DNA of 64,000 nt from a virus. The notes below the pieces were generated by a model. It saw only the letters and a program-made list of their open reading frames with translations. It searched no databases and had not been told where the DNA came from. Below are positions 35,946-45,501 of this stretch, piece after piece. Both the position numbers and the translations under genes were made by a program. Each line of letters starts with the position of its first letter. The first letter of the stretch is position 1. The DNA lies in IMG/VR virus record IMGVR_UViG_3300014913_000007, positions 1 to 64,000 of that record; one strand, written 5' to 3'.

Positions 35946-37133
35946 ATGACAGTTTTTAAGTTTAAAAAAGACAATATGAAAGTCCCATGTTTTATATGGC
36001 ACAATATGCGAACTTTTGATAAACAGGCATTGCAGCAAATAATTACTGCATCTAAATTACCTTTCATATTCCATCACACCTGTGTAATGGCTGACGGGCA
36101 CAAAGGGTATTCATTACCTATAGGAGGCGTAGTGGCCTGCTTAGGAGTAGTGTCTCCAGCTATGGTAGGTTTCGACCAAGGATGCGGTATGTTAGCTGTG
36201 AAAACAGGAATAAAGATTACTGAATTGAATAGAGAACTGTTAATTCGAATAAAAAAGTTAATAGAAACCCATGTTCCAGTAGGATTAGGTACTTATAACC
36301 AAACTCCACAGGAGTGGGAGGGATTTAACAATACACCAGATGATGTGGTAATTCAGAAACAACTACAATCTGCACGTTTCCAGTTGGGATCACTTGGATC
36401 GAATAATCACTTTTTAGAGATACAATCAGGTTCTGATGGTTACATTTGGTATATGATTCACTCTGGAAGTAGAAATCTAGGACATAAAGTAGCTACCCAC
36501 TACAACAAACTGGCCTTAAATTTAAATAAAAAATGGCATTCAGATATAAAAAGATTAAAAGGTGATGAACCTATGTCTTTCTTACCAGTAGACACTCAAG
36601 AAGGAGTGGATTTTATAACAGCTCTAGATTTTACATTAAAGTTCGCTCAAGCTAGTAGAGAGAATATGTCTAATAAGATTCAAGGTTGTATTACACAGGT
36701 ACTTAAATGTACATTTGAAAAACCTATAAATATACACCATAACTATGCAGCTCTAGAGAATCATTATGGTAAAAACGTTTGGGTACATCGGAAAGGGGCT
36801 ACTTCTGCTAAGAAAGGGCAATTGGGAATCATACCTGGATCTCAAGGCACTAAATCTTTTATAGTTAGAGGAAAGGGAAGTCAGGAGTCATTCACTTCCT
36901 GTAGTCACGGAGCTGGGAGAATTCTTGGAAGAAAGAAAGCAAAACAAACACTAAAGTTAAATGAAGAGTTGAAATTACTAGAAGATAAGGGAATCTTACA
37001 TTCAATAAAATCCAAGGCTAACTTGGATGAGTCACCTTCCGCTTACAAAGACATAGATATAGTCATGAAAGCGCAAAAAGACTTGGTAGATATAGTTGTA
37101 GAATTATCCCCTTTAGCAGTAGTTAAGGGCTAA
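35946..37133 (+). CDS. rtcB: RNA-splicing/repair ligase RtcB
   Basis: DGH.G...PIG, D.GCG, GS.NHF.E, HSGSR, HHN, HRKGA, SHGAGR, DESP.AYK. Confidence 0.95.
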   Translation: MTVFKFKKDNMKVPCFIWHNMRTFDKQALQQIITASKLPFIFHHTCVMADGHKGYSLPIGGVVACLGVVSPAMVGFDQGCGMLAVKTGIKITELNRELLIRIKKLIETHVPVGLGTYNQTPQEWEGFNNTPDDVVIQKQLQSARFQLGSLGSNNHFLEIQSGSDGYIWYMIHSGSRNLGHKVATHYNKLALNLNKKWHSDIKRLKGDEPMSFLPVDTQEGVDFITALDFTLKFAQASRENMSNKIQGCITQVLKCTFEKPINIHHNYAALENHYGKNVWVHRKGATSAKKGQLGIIPGSQGTKSFIVRGKGSQESFTSCSHGAGRILGRKKAKQTLKLNEELKLLEDKGILHSIKSKANLDESPSAYKDIDIVMKAQKDLVDIVVELSPLAVVKG

Positions 37134-37134
37134 T

Positions 37135-37317
37135 TTAATCTGAAACATCCTCAAAGCAAGTACATTGATAATACAAACTTGGATCTACCTCTCCAGTTTC
37201 TTCGTTATACATCCAGGGCCTACCAACTTCTTTTGGGTATCCACATTTTTCACATTTATCTAGATAGCCAAAGAATACAACACTATTGTATAACTTAGTC
37301 AAAAATAATTTTATCAT
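37135..37317 (-). CDS. small Cys-containing protein, leaderless
   Basis: TGaTATACT 6 nt before ATG. Confidence 0.6.
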   Translation of the reverse strand: MIKLFLTKLYNSVVFFGYLDKCEKCGYPKEVGRPWMYNEETGEVDPSLYYQCTCFEDVSD

Positions 37318-37335
37318 TAACTTAGTATATCAGAG

Positions 37336-38040
37336 TTAAGCTAGAGGATCAACTGCTATGTCCATTGCTGCCTCTGTGATAGTTTCTAAAACTCTCATAC
37401 AATTACCAAGCTTTTTAGCTCTTAGACATTCCTCTACTTCTCGTAATTTATTACTGAAGTTTATAAATCCTAAGGTTCCAGTAAATCCTATTAAACTATG
37501 AGTTAACCTTGCTGCTTTATCCCAATTACCTAAATCTACTGCCCTTCTGATTCTATACAGTTCAGTAGGTAAGTCCTCCTTACGAAGGTTTATAAGTTCT
37601 ATAAGTTTTTCAGGTAGATTATCAAGGTCTCCAGAGGTTGCATAGGTACATACTGTAAGATTCTTAGGCTCTACTTCAAGTTGCGGGAAGGCAGTTTTTA
37701 GAACTTCAAATAAATTCTTGTTTTCTAAAGGTTTATTTAGTACACCAGTAAATCCACGCTTTAGGTACTTTTTATTATCCAACTCAGCGGTCCAAGCTAT
37801 TATAGGACTAGTAACTCCTGCTTTTTTAGAGGCTCTTACTACACTTTCACCTGATGCGCCTCCTAATTGTAAGTCTACAAATGCTATGTCAAACTGTTTA
37901 GTAACTAACTGTTCTAATGCTTCTTTTGCGTTATCCACTTCCATTACTAAGGCCCCCATAGCACTTAGACGTTCTTCTAGGACGACCCTATTTACTTCGA
38001 TATCGTCTACTATTAGTACTCTCTTGTCATCTATTCGCAT
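37336..38040 (-). CDS. response-regulator receiver + HPt protein, leaderless
   Basis: VLIVDD, FVDLQL, WTA, NKP receiver motifs; HSLIG HPt motif; promoter at 38048-38075. Confidence 0.85.
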   Translation of the reverse strand: MRIDDKRVLIVDDIEVNRVVLEERLSAMGALVMEVDNAKEALEQLVTKQFDIAFVDLQLGGASGESVVRASKKAGVTSPIIAWTAELDNKKYLKRGFTGVLNKPLENKNLFEVLKTAFPQLEVEPKNLTVCTYATSGDLDNLPEKLIELINLRKEDLPTELYRIRRAVDLGNWDKAARLTHSLIGFTGTLGFINFSNKLREVEECLRAKKLGNCMRVLETITEAAMDIAVDPLA

Positions 38041-38115
38041 AAGTATAGTATCGACAGCTTTGAAAAAAAACTTTAGATGTTTGTAAAAATTAATTTAATG
38101 ATGTATACTAAAAGT

Positions 38116-38397
38116 ATGGAATTAGATAGCTTAATTCAAAAAATGATCGAGATAGAGCTTAATAAAACAAGTAGTATTCCTTGGTACTTAGCTTCATATT
38201 TCCTGAAATTAAATCCAGGAGTTTCACTATTTCATAGTAATGAAGGTGACAGTCTAACCAGGGAGTTAAGCTATAACACAGTCACAAACGAAATAGACTA
38301 TATTTTGTGGAACAAGAACAAGTACCTAGATAAGGGATCTTTAAATCACTTCCCTTTAGCGACAAGTACATATAGATTACTTAAAACTAAACAATAA
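38116..38397 (+). CDS. hypothetical protein, leaderless (true start 38116)
   Basis: TTGTAA-N17-TATACT 6 nt before ATG. Confidence 0.65.
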   Translation: MELDSLIQKMIEIELNKTSSIPWYLASYFLKLNPGVSLFHSNEGDSLTRELSYNTVTNEIDYILWNKNKYLDKGSLNHFPLATSTYRLLKTKQ

Positions 38398-38436
38398 ATA
38401 GCTAAAGCTTTAGAGGGTCAGCGACGATATACTGGT

Positions 38437-39771
38437 ATGGAACTTGAAAAAGTATTAAAATTACCTAATATACTCACCTTAAAAAAGATATTAGGTGTAA
38501 CTGCTGATTTACACCTAGTAGGTGGAGCTGTACGTGACATTCTTCTAGATAGAACCCCTAAAGACTTCGACTTTGCCACAGCTCTAACACCTGATGAAAT
38601 GATTCACATGCTTCAGATCAATTCAATAAGATGGATTCCGGTAGGTATTAGACGAGGTACGCTTGCTATAGTAATTAAGGGCGAAGTGTTTGAAGTTACA
38701 ACTTTTAGAGATCCTAGTCAAGAAACACAATTTACTAGCTCTATTGAAGAAGATCTCCCAGCTAGAGATTTTACAATTAATGCCATAGCTATCTCATTAA
38801 ATACTGGTAAATTAGTGGATCCTTTTAGGGGTGAAGAAGACTTAAAAAATAATGTGCTCAAAGCTGTAGGGAATCCAGAGAGGCGGTTTATGGAAGATCC
38901 TCACAGGATTTTAAGAATGCTACGGTTTGGTATAGGTCAAAATAGAAAAGTTGATCAAAAAACTAAAGTAACCGCCTATAAACTAGCTACATTAGTGGAA
39001 GGAATAAGTATTGAAAGAATAAGAGATGAGTTATCAAAAATACTAATAACCGATAATGCTTCAGAGGCATTTAAAGAACTTCTGGAAATGGGAATTCTTA
39101 ATATGTTCATACCTGAGCTTGTCTCTACTGTAAATATAAAACAAAATAAATGGCACTTATGGGACGTTTTTACACATATATTAAAAGTAGTAGATCTATG
39201 TCCAAAAGATAAGATAACTAGATTAGCAGCACTACTACATGATGTAGGTAAACCTCTATGCATATCTGAAGATGAAAATGGTAGGCACTTCCTGGAACAT
39301 GAGACTGTCAGTGCGAAGCTAGCAGAAGTTGTACTTAAGAGGCTTAAATTTCCAAGCAGGGAGATTGCAGAAGTAGTTACCTTGATACGAGAACACATGC
39401 GACCCATAGAGAACTGTAAGGGAAAAGCTATACGTAAAACTATGGTGAAGGTAGGAGATTTATTTCCAAAGTGGTTGGATCATAAGAAAGCTGACAAACT
39501 TGGTGGAATTAAAGGTTTAGATCCTGAAGCATTTGAAGTAGAGTGGAATGCGTTTTTAGCTAAAGTTACCCAAGAGCAGGAGAGGAAGCAAACTAGTAAG
39601 TTTGATAGTCTGGAAATATCTGGTAGAGATATTATGGCATTAGGAGTAGCTCAGGGACCTAATGTAGGAATTATCCTTTCAAAGCTGCAAGAGATAGTTA
39701 TAGATGATCCAGATTTTAATCAAAGAAGAGTGTTGATAGTCTTAGCTAGGAGAATTATCAATGGTCAGTAA
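38437..39771 (+). CDS. cca: CCA-adding tRNA nucleotidyltransferase / poly(A) polymerase with HD domain, leaderless
   Basis: VGGAVRD, DFDFAT, RDFTINA, EDP.RILR, LLHDVGK. Confidence 0.9.
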   Translation: MELEKVLKLPNILTLKKILGVTADLHLVGGAVRDILLDRTPKDFDFATALTPDEMIHMLQINSIRWIPVGIRRGTLAIVIKGEVFEVTTFRDPSQETQFTSSIEEDLPARDFTINAIAISLNTGKLVDPFRGEEDLKNNVLKAVGNPERRFMEDPHRILRMLRFGIGQNRKVDQKTKVTAYKLATLVEGISIERIRDELSKILITDNASEAFKELLEMGILNMFIPELVSTVNIKQNKWHLWDVFTHILKVVDLCPKDKITRLAALLHDVGKPLCISEDENGRHFLEHETVSAKLAEVVLKRLKFPSREIAEVVTLIREHMRPIENCKGKAIRKTMVKVGDLFPKWLDHKKADKLGGIKGLDPEAFEVEWNAFLAKVTQEQERKQTSKFDSLEISGRDIMALGVAQGPNVGIILSKLQEIVIDDPDFNQRRVLIVLARRIINGQ

Positions 39772-40651
39772 TATAAAGTTACTCCACGATAAAAAGTTAA
39801 TTACTCCTCCTAAATTCTTAGTAAAGAACGTACATTATGAAACTATTATAGGATCTATGGCTTATGGAGTGAATAAGGACGATTCTGATTATGATGTTTA
39901 CGGTATATGTATACCTCCTAAGGATATAGTGTTCCCGCATTTACAGGGAATTATACCAGAATTTGATGACTCTTATATCAAATTCGATCAGTGGCAAGAA
40001 CATCATATAATTGATGACAGTACTTCTAGGGAGTATGATTTTACAGTTTATAATGTGGTGAAGTTTTTCAAACTTGCCTCAAAATGTGTACCAAACATAG
40101 TTGATTCTCTTTTCACTCCTACTAACTGTGTATTACATCTGAGTAGGGTAGGTAATATAATCAGGGAGGATAGAAAACTATTTCTATGTAAGAAGATCTA
40201 TCATTCATACAGTGGATACGCATATCAGCAGTTGAGTAAGGCTAAAAAAGGTTCTAATAAAAGCAATCCTAAAAGGAAAAAAAGTATAGAAACTTATGGA
40301 TATGACGCAAAATTCTGCTATCATATTATTAGATTGGTAAACCAGGCAGAACAAATGTTAGTAGAGGGAGATTTAGATCTTCAGGCTAGTAGAAAGCAAT
40401 TAATGTCTGTAAGGAATGGAGAGTGGACTTTCGAACAAATAGAAGATTACTTTGAAAGTATTAGAATTAAGCTTTCTAACTTATATCAAACTTCTAATGC
40501 TTTGCCTGAAAAGATACAAAAAACTAAAATTAAAAATCTCCTATTAAAAGTTCTTGAAGAGAATTATGGATCAATAGATCAATGTGTTAAGATTTTAGAC
40601 AAAGATACTACTATTTTAAATCAAATACAAGAATTACTAAAAGGTAGGTAA
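39761..40651 (+). CDS. Pol-beta-family nucleotidyltransferase (RlaP-like)
   Basis: GS.AYG....SDYD, YDAK...H..RL. Confidence 0.8.
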   Translation: MVSNIKLLHDKKLITPPKFLVKNVHYETIIGSMAYGVNKDDSDYDVYGICIPPKDIVFPHLQGIIPEFDDSYIKFDQWQEHHIIDDSTSREYDFTVYNVVKFFKLASKCVPNIVDSLFTPTNCVLHLSRVGNIIREDRKLFLCKKIYHSYSGYAYQQLSKAKKGSNKSNPKRKKSIETYGYDAKFCYHIIRLVNQAEQMLVEGDLDLQASRKQLMSVRNGEWTFEQIEDYFESIRIKLSNLYQTSNALPEKIQKTKIKNLLLKVLEENYGSIDQCVKILDKDTTILNQIQELLKGR

Positions 40652-40653
40652 GT

Positions 40654-40917
40654 ATGCATGATCTTATAACAGAGATAATCGGTTGGATAGGAGCTGGATT
40701 ACTAAGTTTATGTGGAGTTCCTCAGCTAATAAAAACATATAAAACAAAAACAACTAAAGGATTATCTTTCGGTATGTTACTTTGTTGGCTGTTAGGTGAA
40801 ATATTTATGGTAACTTATATTATATTGACAGCCTTCGAATGGCCATTACTAGTTAACTTCTCTACGAATATTCTAATAGTCGCCCTAACGGTTATATTGT
40901 ATATTAGGTATAAATAA
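40654..40917 (+). CDS. PQ-loop / SemiSWEET-like membrane protein
   Basis: IGWIG...VPQ..K..KTK...GLS. Confidence 0.85.
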   Translation: MHDLITEIIGWIGAGLLSLCGVPQLIKTYKTKTTKGLSFGMLLCWLLGEIFMVTYIILTAFEWPLLVNFSTNILIVALTVILYIRYK

Positions 40918-40936
40918 ATAAATAAATAAATAAACT

Positions 40937-41428
40937 CTAAGAATAGGTAAGCTTTTCTACAATCAAAGGTATTTCATTTACAGTCTCAGGAAATTTGCGC
41001 TTTTTAGTCCTAACTAGTAACTTGACGGCCTCTTCTCCAGTGGCTGTAAAACTATGTAACGTCTTTACTATGAACATACCTGTAAACTGCCTAACCTGTA
41101 CAAGTGCTTCTACGGCCTTCATACTAGGTCTATATTTGTCTAGATCGGTTTTACTTCTGAAGATTCTATAATCTGCTATATCAAATATATTTGCCAATTC
41201 TTTTGCTCTTTTTATACCAATCCTTTCCTTAGATTCTAACCTACGCAGGGCAGAAACTCTCTTAATTCCTAACAAATTAGCTAATTGGTGTACATTCCAG
41301 CCTTTTGTGACTCTAAAAGCCTTTATTATGTAACCACTAAAGGGCTTTCCTTGCAACTTCTCCGTTGATATTAAATCCCAAGGAGTATTATGAACTAAAT
41401 TACGTTTATCGTCCAATCTAAGGATCAT
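40937..41428 (-). CDS. XRE-type HTH protein
   Basis: IKAFRVTKGWNVHQLANLLGI...LES. Confidence 0.7.
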   Translation of the reverse strand: MILRLDDKRNLVHNTPWDLISTEKLQGKPFSGYIIKAFRVTKGWNVHQLANLLGIKRVSALRRLESKERIGIKRAKELANIFDIADYRIFRSKTDLDKYRPSMKAVEALVQVRQFTGMFIVKTLHSFTATGEEAVKLLVRTKKRKFPETVNEIPLIVEKLTYS

Positions 41429-41679
41429 CTTTCAGGTTTACACACTAGTACAGGTCTGATGAGTAGAATCCACATCCAAAACAAAACAAATGCCTTACCA
41501 TAAGTCAAAATGGGTAATCCAAAATCTGCCATTGTAAAATTCCAACCAAATTTAAATAACAAAGGAATACCAAGAACAAGGCTACCCATAACAAATAAAA
41601 ATAGTAGAGTATATACTAATATCAGCACTATCTCTAGTAAAGTAAAAATTACCTCGTCTCTTTCCATTCTTTTCCCCAA
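41425..41679 (-). CDS. membrane protein
   Basis: hydrophobic segments. Confidence 0.6.
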   Translation of the reverse strand: MGKRMERDEVIFTLLEIVLILVYTLLFLFVMGSLVLGIPLLFKFGWNFTMADFGLPILTYGKAFVLFWMWILLIRPVLVCKPER

Positions 41680-41876
41680 ACTTCAAAACAAGTCCTTAAA
41701 CCATTATTAAGTGTCTTAATTGGTCTAGATTTAATAACTCTAGAAATTCTAAATATAGCCTTATTGCCTCCACCTAATTTGATCTGTATTACTTTTCCAG
41801 GTAAAAACTTACTGGGTGTGGCTGTATTGAATAGGATTCTCTCTCCGCTTAGATTGCAAATAATTCTTTCTAACAT
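41649..41876 (-). CDS. hypothetical phage protein
   Basis: AAGGAGG SD; TTGACG..TATAAT promoter upstream. Confidence 0.7.
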   Translation of the reverse strand: MLERIICNLSGERILFNTATPSKFLPGKVIQIKLGGGNKAIFRISRVIKSRPIKTLNNGLRTCFEVWGKEWKETR

Positions 41877-41943
41877 AAATCCTCCTTACTTAAGTATCTA
41901 CTTAAATTATTATAGACTTTTTCAACTTTTACGTCAATAGCTC

Positions 41944-41972
41944 TTGCTATATTAATAAAAAAATGCTATTCT
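41944..41972 (+). promoter_or_regulatory. sigma70-type promoter of S2 gene
   Basis: TTGCTA-N17-TATTCT with TG extension. Confidence 0.6.
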
Positions 41973-42023
41973 TAATAAGAATTAATTTTAACACTAAAAT
42001 AACCATGTGCAGGAAATTTAAAA

Positions 42024-42908
42024 ATGATTAATACTAACGCAGATACCTTTGAAACTACTAAAAAAGTAAACAAAAAAGCTCTTAGAAGAAAAGAAAGAGA
42101 AAGAAGACAAGCAGAAAAAAGAGCAAAAGAGAATTTGGTCTATAAACGTATCAGTATTAAAACTATGCTAGAAAATGGTGCCCATTTCGGTCATGACAAG
42201 CAGTATTGGAATCCAAAAATGGCAGTAAACCTGTACGGAACTCGAAATGATGTACATGTTATTAATCTTAGAAGAACATTAGAACTTTGGGCGAGGGTGG
42301 ATGAGTTGATTACTAAGGAAACCGCAAAAGGTAAAACTATTTTATTTGTAGGTACTAAGCAAGCAGCCCGTGATATAGTCCAAAAAGAAGCTGAAAGATG
42401 TGGGTTTTTCTACATGACACACAAATGGCCTGGAGGAGTACTTACTAACTTTAACACTATTAGAAGCTCTATTAAACGAATGGTGGACTTAGAAAAGTTT
42501 ATAAAAAAGGTAGAATCACCAAAATCAAGAATTAAAATAGGTAAAAAAGAACTACTATTTAAACATAGAGAGCTAGAAAAGTTGCAAAAAGTGTTTGACG
42601 GTGTACGAGAAATGAAGGAACTTCCTGATATGGTATTCGTTGTAGATGCCATAGAAGATCGTATTGCTATCACCGAAGCAAGAAAACTCGCTATTCCAGT
42701 AATAGGTTTGGCAGATTCTAATGTGGACCCAAGCCTGTTAGATTATCCAATTCCTGCTAATGATGATGCACGAGGAACAATAAACCTCTTCGTGTCCAAC
42801 GTTGCTGAATCTGCACTAACTGGAAGAAGGATGTACCAAGAAAAGATGGATAAAATAGCCATTGAAAATGCAGAAAAAGCAGAAAACATTATTAAAAACT
42901 TAGAATAG
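42024..42908 (+). CDS. rpsB: 30S ribosomal protein S2 homologue with basic N-terminal extension
   Basis: GAHFGH, WNPKM, LFVGTK, W.GG.LTN, D.N.DP, IPANDD motifs. Confidence 0.95.
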   Translation: MINTNADTFETTKKVNKKALRRKERERRQAEKRAKENLVYKRISIKTMLENGAHFGHDKQYWNPKMAVNLYGTRNDVHVINLRRTLELWARVDELITKETAKGKTILFVGTKQAARDIVQKEAERCGFFYMTHKWPGGVLTNFNTIRSSIKRMVDLEKFIKKVESPKSRIKIGKKELLFKHRELEKLQKVFDGVREMKELPDMVFVVDAIEDRIAITEARKLAIPVIGLADSNVDPSLLDYPIPANDDARGTINLFVSNVAESALTGRRMYQEKMDKIAIENAEKAENIIKNLE

Positions 42909-43047
42909 AAGTATAAAACCTAATAAATACATATAACTAAGTATAAACAAAATAAATAAATTAATTACATTATTTACCTAAAGTTTTCCAAGATTCTGTC
43001 GATAATACTATTAAGCGAAACAAACAACTTTAAGGAGTTTAATAGTA

Positions 43048-43836
43048 ATGATAAACCGTATAACAAGTATTCTTAAATACAATAACTTACAAAACTCAGA
43101 TAGTATACTCCAGGAACAGAGAGATCCTATTAAAACATCTGATAGATATAATAAAATAGATCACTTAGATATCATTGAAAAATTTAACCAACATGGTTGG
43201 TACATAGTAGACTATCAACAGTTAAAACCTCAAAAAAATGAACGTAGTAAGTATGTTAGGTGGCTGGCAACTTATCAAAATATTGATTTCCAACCTGCTG
43301 GAGAAGAAGCTATTCCACAGATACTTCATCAGGGCAGTCACGATGGTACTAAACCTTTCATACTAAATTATGGTTTATTTAATGTATCCAAACTAAACAG
43401 TGTTGTGGTGGGAGAAAAATCCTTCTCTCCAGTATATCAGAAACATGTTGGAGATGTTCCAGAAGATTTTGAAAGTGCTATGAAGTCTGTAGTAGTGGAA
43501 GTAACTGAATCTATCATATCCACTGTCAAAATGTTTCAGTCTAAAGTATTGTCTGAGGCCCAGGTTAGTGAGTTTGTTCAAGAAGCTTCAGCAATTAGAT
43601 TCTCTCCTGACAAGTATAGCATACCTAATCCAGAATTGTTTTCTATTGGAAGTACTGATAGTCTTTGGTCACTGTTTAATCAAGTACAAAAAAAACTAAC
43701 TTCAGCAGATAGTCTTAAAGTAACTATAAAAAATAGCGGAAAGACTAGAAAAGCCAAACCTCTAAATAATATAGAAGCCTGTATGTGTTTAAAGAAAGAA
43801 CTCTGGAATCTAACTTTAGGCTATCTAGTTAAATAA
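43048..43836 (+). CDS. DUF932-like protein
   Basis: SDRY..I, SHDGT, H.G, SLWSLFN.VQ; promoter at 42979-43005. Confidence 0.75.
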   Translation: MINRITSILKYNNLQNSDSILQEQRDPIKTSDRYNKIDHLDIIEKFNQHGWYIVDYQQLKPQKNERSKYVRWLATYQNIDFQPAGEEAIPQILHQGSHDGTKPFILNYGLFNVSKLNSVVVGEKSFSPVYQKHVGDVPEDFESAMKSVVVEVTESIISTVKMFQSKVLSEAQVSEFVQEASAIRFSPDKYSIPNPELFSIGSTDSLWSLFNQVQKKLTSADSLKVTIKNSGKTRKAKPLNNIEACMCLKKELWNLTLGYLVK

Positions 43837-43863
43837 TTTACTATTTTAGGAAGATATCTTAAA

Positions 43864-45450
43864 ATGAAACACATTAAAGATAAGTGTATATCAATATTAA
43901 ATAAATTTAAGGGCAACCCAAATGTAAACTTCAATCCCTTAGACTTTACTCCCAATCCAATTATAGATATTGATTTAAAAGGTAACATTATATATTTGAA
44001 TCCAAACATACAAGAACTATTTCCATCACTATCGCAAGAATCTTTAAGTCATCCATACTTAGAGGATATAGTGAAATGGTTAAGAATGGTACAAAATGAT
44101 ATGTATGCAAAACCACACACTAAATCATGGTTTAGAGAAGTGAAGGTTGATAGTCAATATTATGAACAAGTATTTCAAAAAACACAGAAATCAGGAATAA
44201 CTAGAATATATGGAACCAATATAAGTAAAAAAGTAAATAAGCTTAACAAACTGACTGAGGAAAGGAACCAAGCAAACGAATTAACTAAGTTAAAAAGTGA
44301 GTTCATAGCTAATATGAGTCATGAAATTAGAACTCCTATGAGTGGTATTATAGGAATTGCCGACATTCTACTTGAAACAGATCTAACAAAAAGTCAAAAT
44401 AGTTACTTAGCAATGCTAAAAGACTCTTCTAAACATCTTTTATTTATACTTAATGATTTGCTGGATCTCTCAAAAGCAGAAACTGGCAAATTGGAGGTTC
44501 TAAAAGAAAAATTTAACTTTAATAAATCTATCGGACACTTGGTAGCTCAATTTAAAGTTACTGCTGAGGAAAAAAATCTACAATTTGAGACAACTATAGA
44601 CTCGAATATACCTAAAGAATTGGTTGGTGATTCTGTAAGACTTACACAGATACTGATTAACTTGTTAGGTAATGCTTTTAAGTTCACTCCTGAGAGTGGA
44701 AGTGTATTATTAGAAGTATTGATAGAAAAAGAATTAAAAGATTCAATAATTCTTCAATTTAAAGTACAAGACTCCGGTATTGGAATACCCCTAAATAAAC
44801 AAAAAGATATACTAAAAGCATTTATTCAAGCAGACAGTTCAGTTACCAAGAAATATGGAGGTACTGGATTAGGATTAGCTATTACTAGTTCCCTGTTGGA
44901 GTTAATGGATTCTAGCCTAAAATTAGTAAGTACTGAAGGTAACGGATCAACTTTTTCCTTCTCACTCAAAGTATTGAAACCTGAAAAAAAAGATAAGGAA
45001 GTACCAGTAAATAATGAAGACTTGAAAAAAATACTAAATAAAGCAAAAACGGTTAAAAATACATATGACATATTGATTGTGGAAGATGATGAAGTTAATA
45101 AAAAGATAGCAAACTATGTCCTCGCAGAGGCAGGACATACAGTTAAAACTGCATCAAATGGTTTGGAGTGCATGGAATTAGTAAAGAAACATGTATTTGA
45201 CTTAATACTGATGGACTGTCAAATGCCTGAAATGGACGGATTTGAAGCTGTAACTGCAATACGTCAAAGGGAACGTATACTAGGTGTAAGAGTACCTATT
45301 ATAGCCCTTACAGCCCTTGCTATGAAAGATGATAAAGACAAATGCCTTGAAGTGGGTATGGATGTATATATTAGAAAGCCATTCGAAAAGGTTAAGCTAC
45401 TTAAGATGATAGAAAAATTAATTGAAAAATCTAGAAAAATTGACAAATAG
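43864..45450 (+). CDS. hybrid sensor histidine kinase (PAS-like, HisKA, HATPase, REC)
   Basis: MSHEIRTPM, NLLGNAFKFT, DSGIGI, GGTGLGL, LMDCQMP; no obvious TM. Confidence 0.95.
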   Translation: MKHIKDKCISILNKFKGNPNVNFNPLDFTPNPIIDIDLKGNIIYLNPNIQELFPSLSQESLSHPYLEDIVKWLRMVQNDMYAKPHTKSWFREVKVDSQYYEQVFQKTQKSGITRIYGTNISKKVNKLNKLTEERNQANELTKLKSEFIANMSHEIRTPMSGIIGIADILLETDLTKSQNSYLAMLKDSSKHLLFILNDLLDLSKAETGKLEVLKEKFNFNKSIGHLVAQFKVTAEEKNLQFETTIDSNIPKELVGDSVRLTQILINLLGNAFKFTPESGSVLLEVLIEKELKDSIILQFKVQDSGIGIPLNKQKDILKAFIQADSSVTKKYGGTGLGLAITSSLLELMDSSLKLVSTEGNGSTFSFSLKVLKPEKKDKEVPVNNEDLKKILNKAKTVKNTYDILIVEDDEVNKKIANYVLAEAGHTVKTASNGLECMELVKKHVFDLILMDCQMPEMDGFEAVTAIRQRERILGVRVPIIALTALAMKDDKDKCLEVGMDVYIRKPFEKVKLLKMIEKLIEKSRKIDK

Positions 45451-45468
45451 CTTATAATTTAGTATACT
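45440..45468 (+). promoter_or_regulatory. sigma70-type promoter
   Basis: TTGACA-N17-TATACT. Confidence 0.75.
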
Positions 45469-45501
45469 ATTGAATAATAACTTATTACTCAGGAGTATAC
45501 T

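Noticed and set aside
42024-45450. Host chromosomal fragment (rpsB + histidine kinase)
   Set aside because: No tsf/pyrH/frr; same AT content and same promoter motif as surrounding phage genes; DUF932 gene lies between them.
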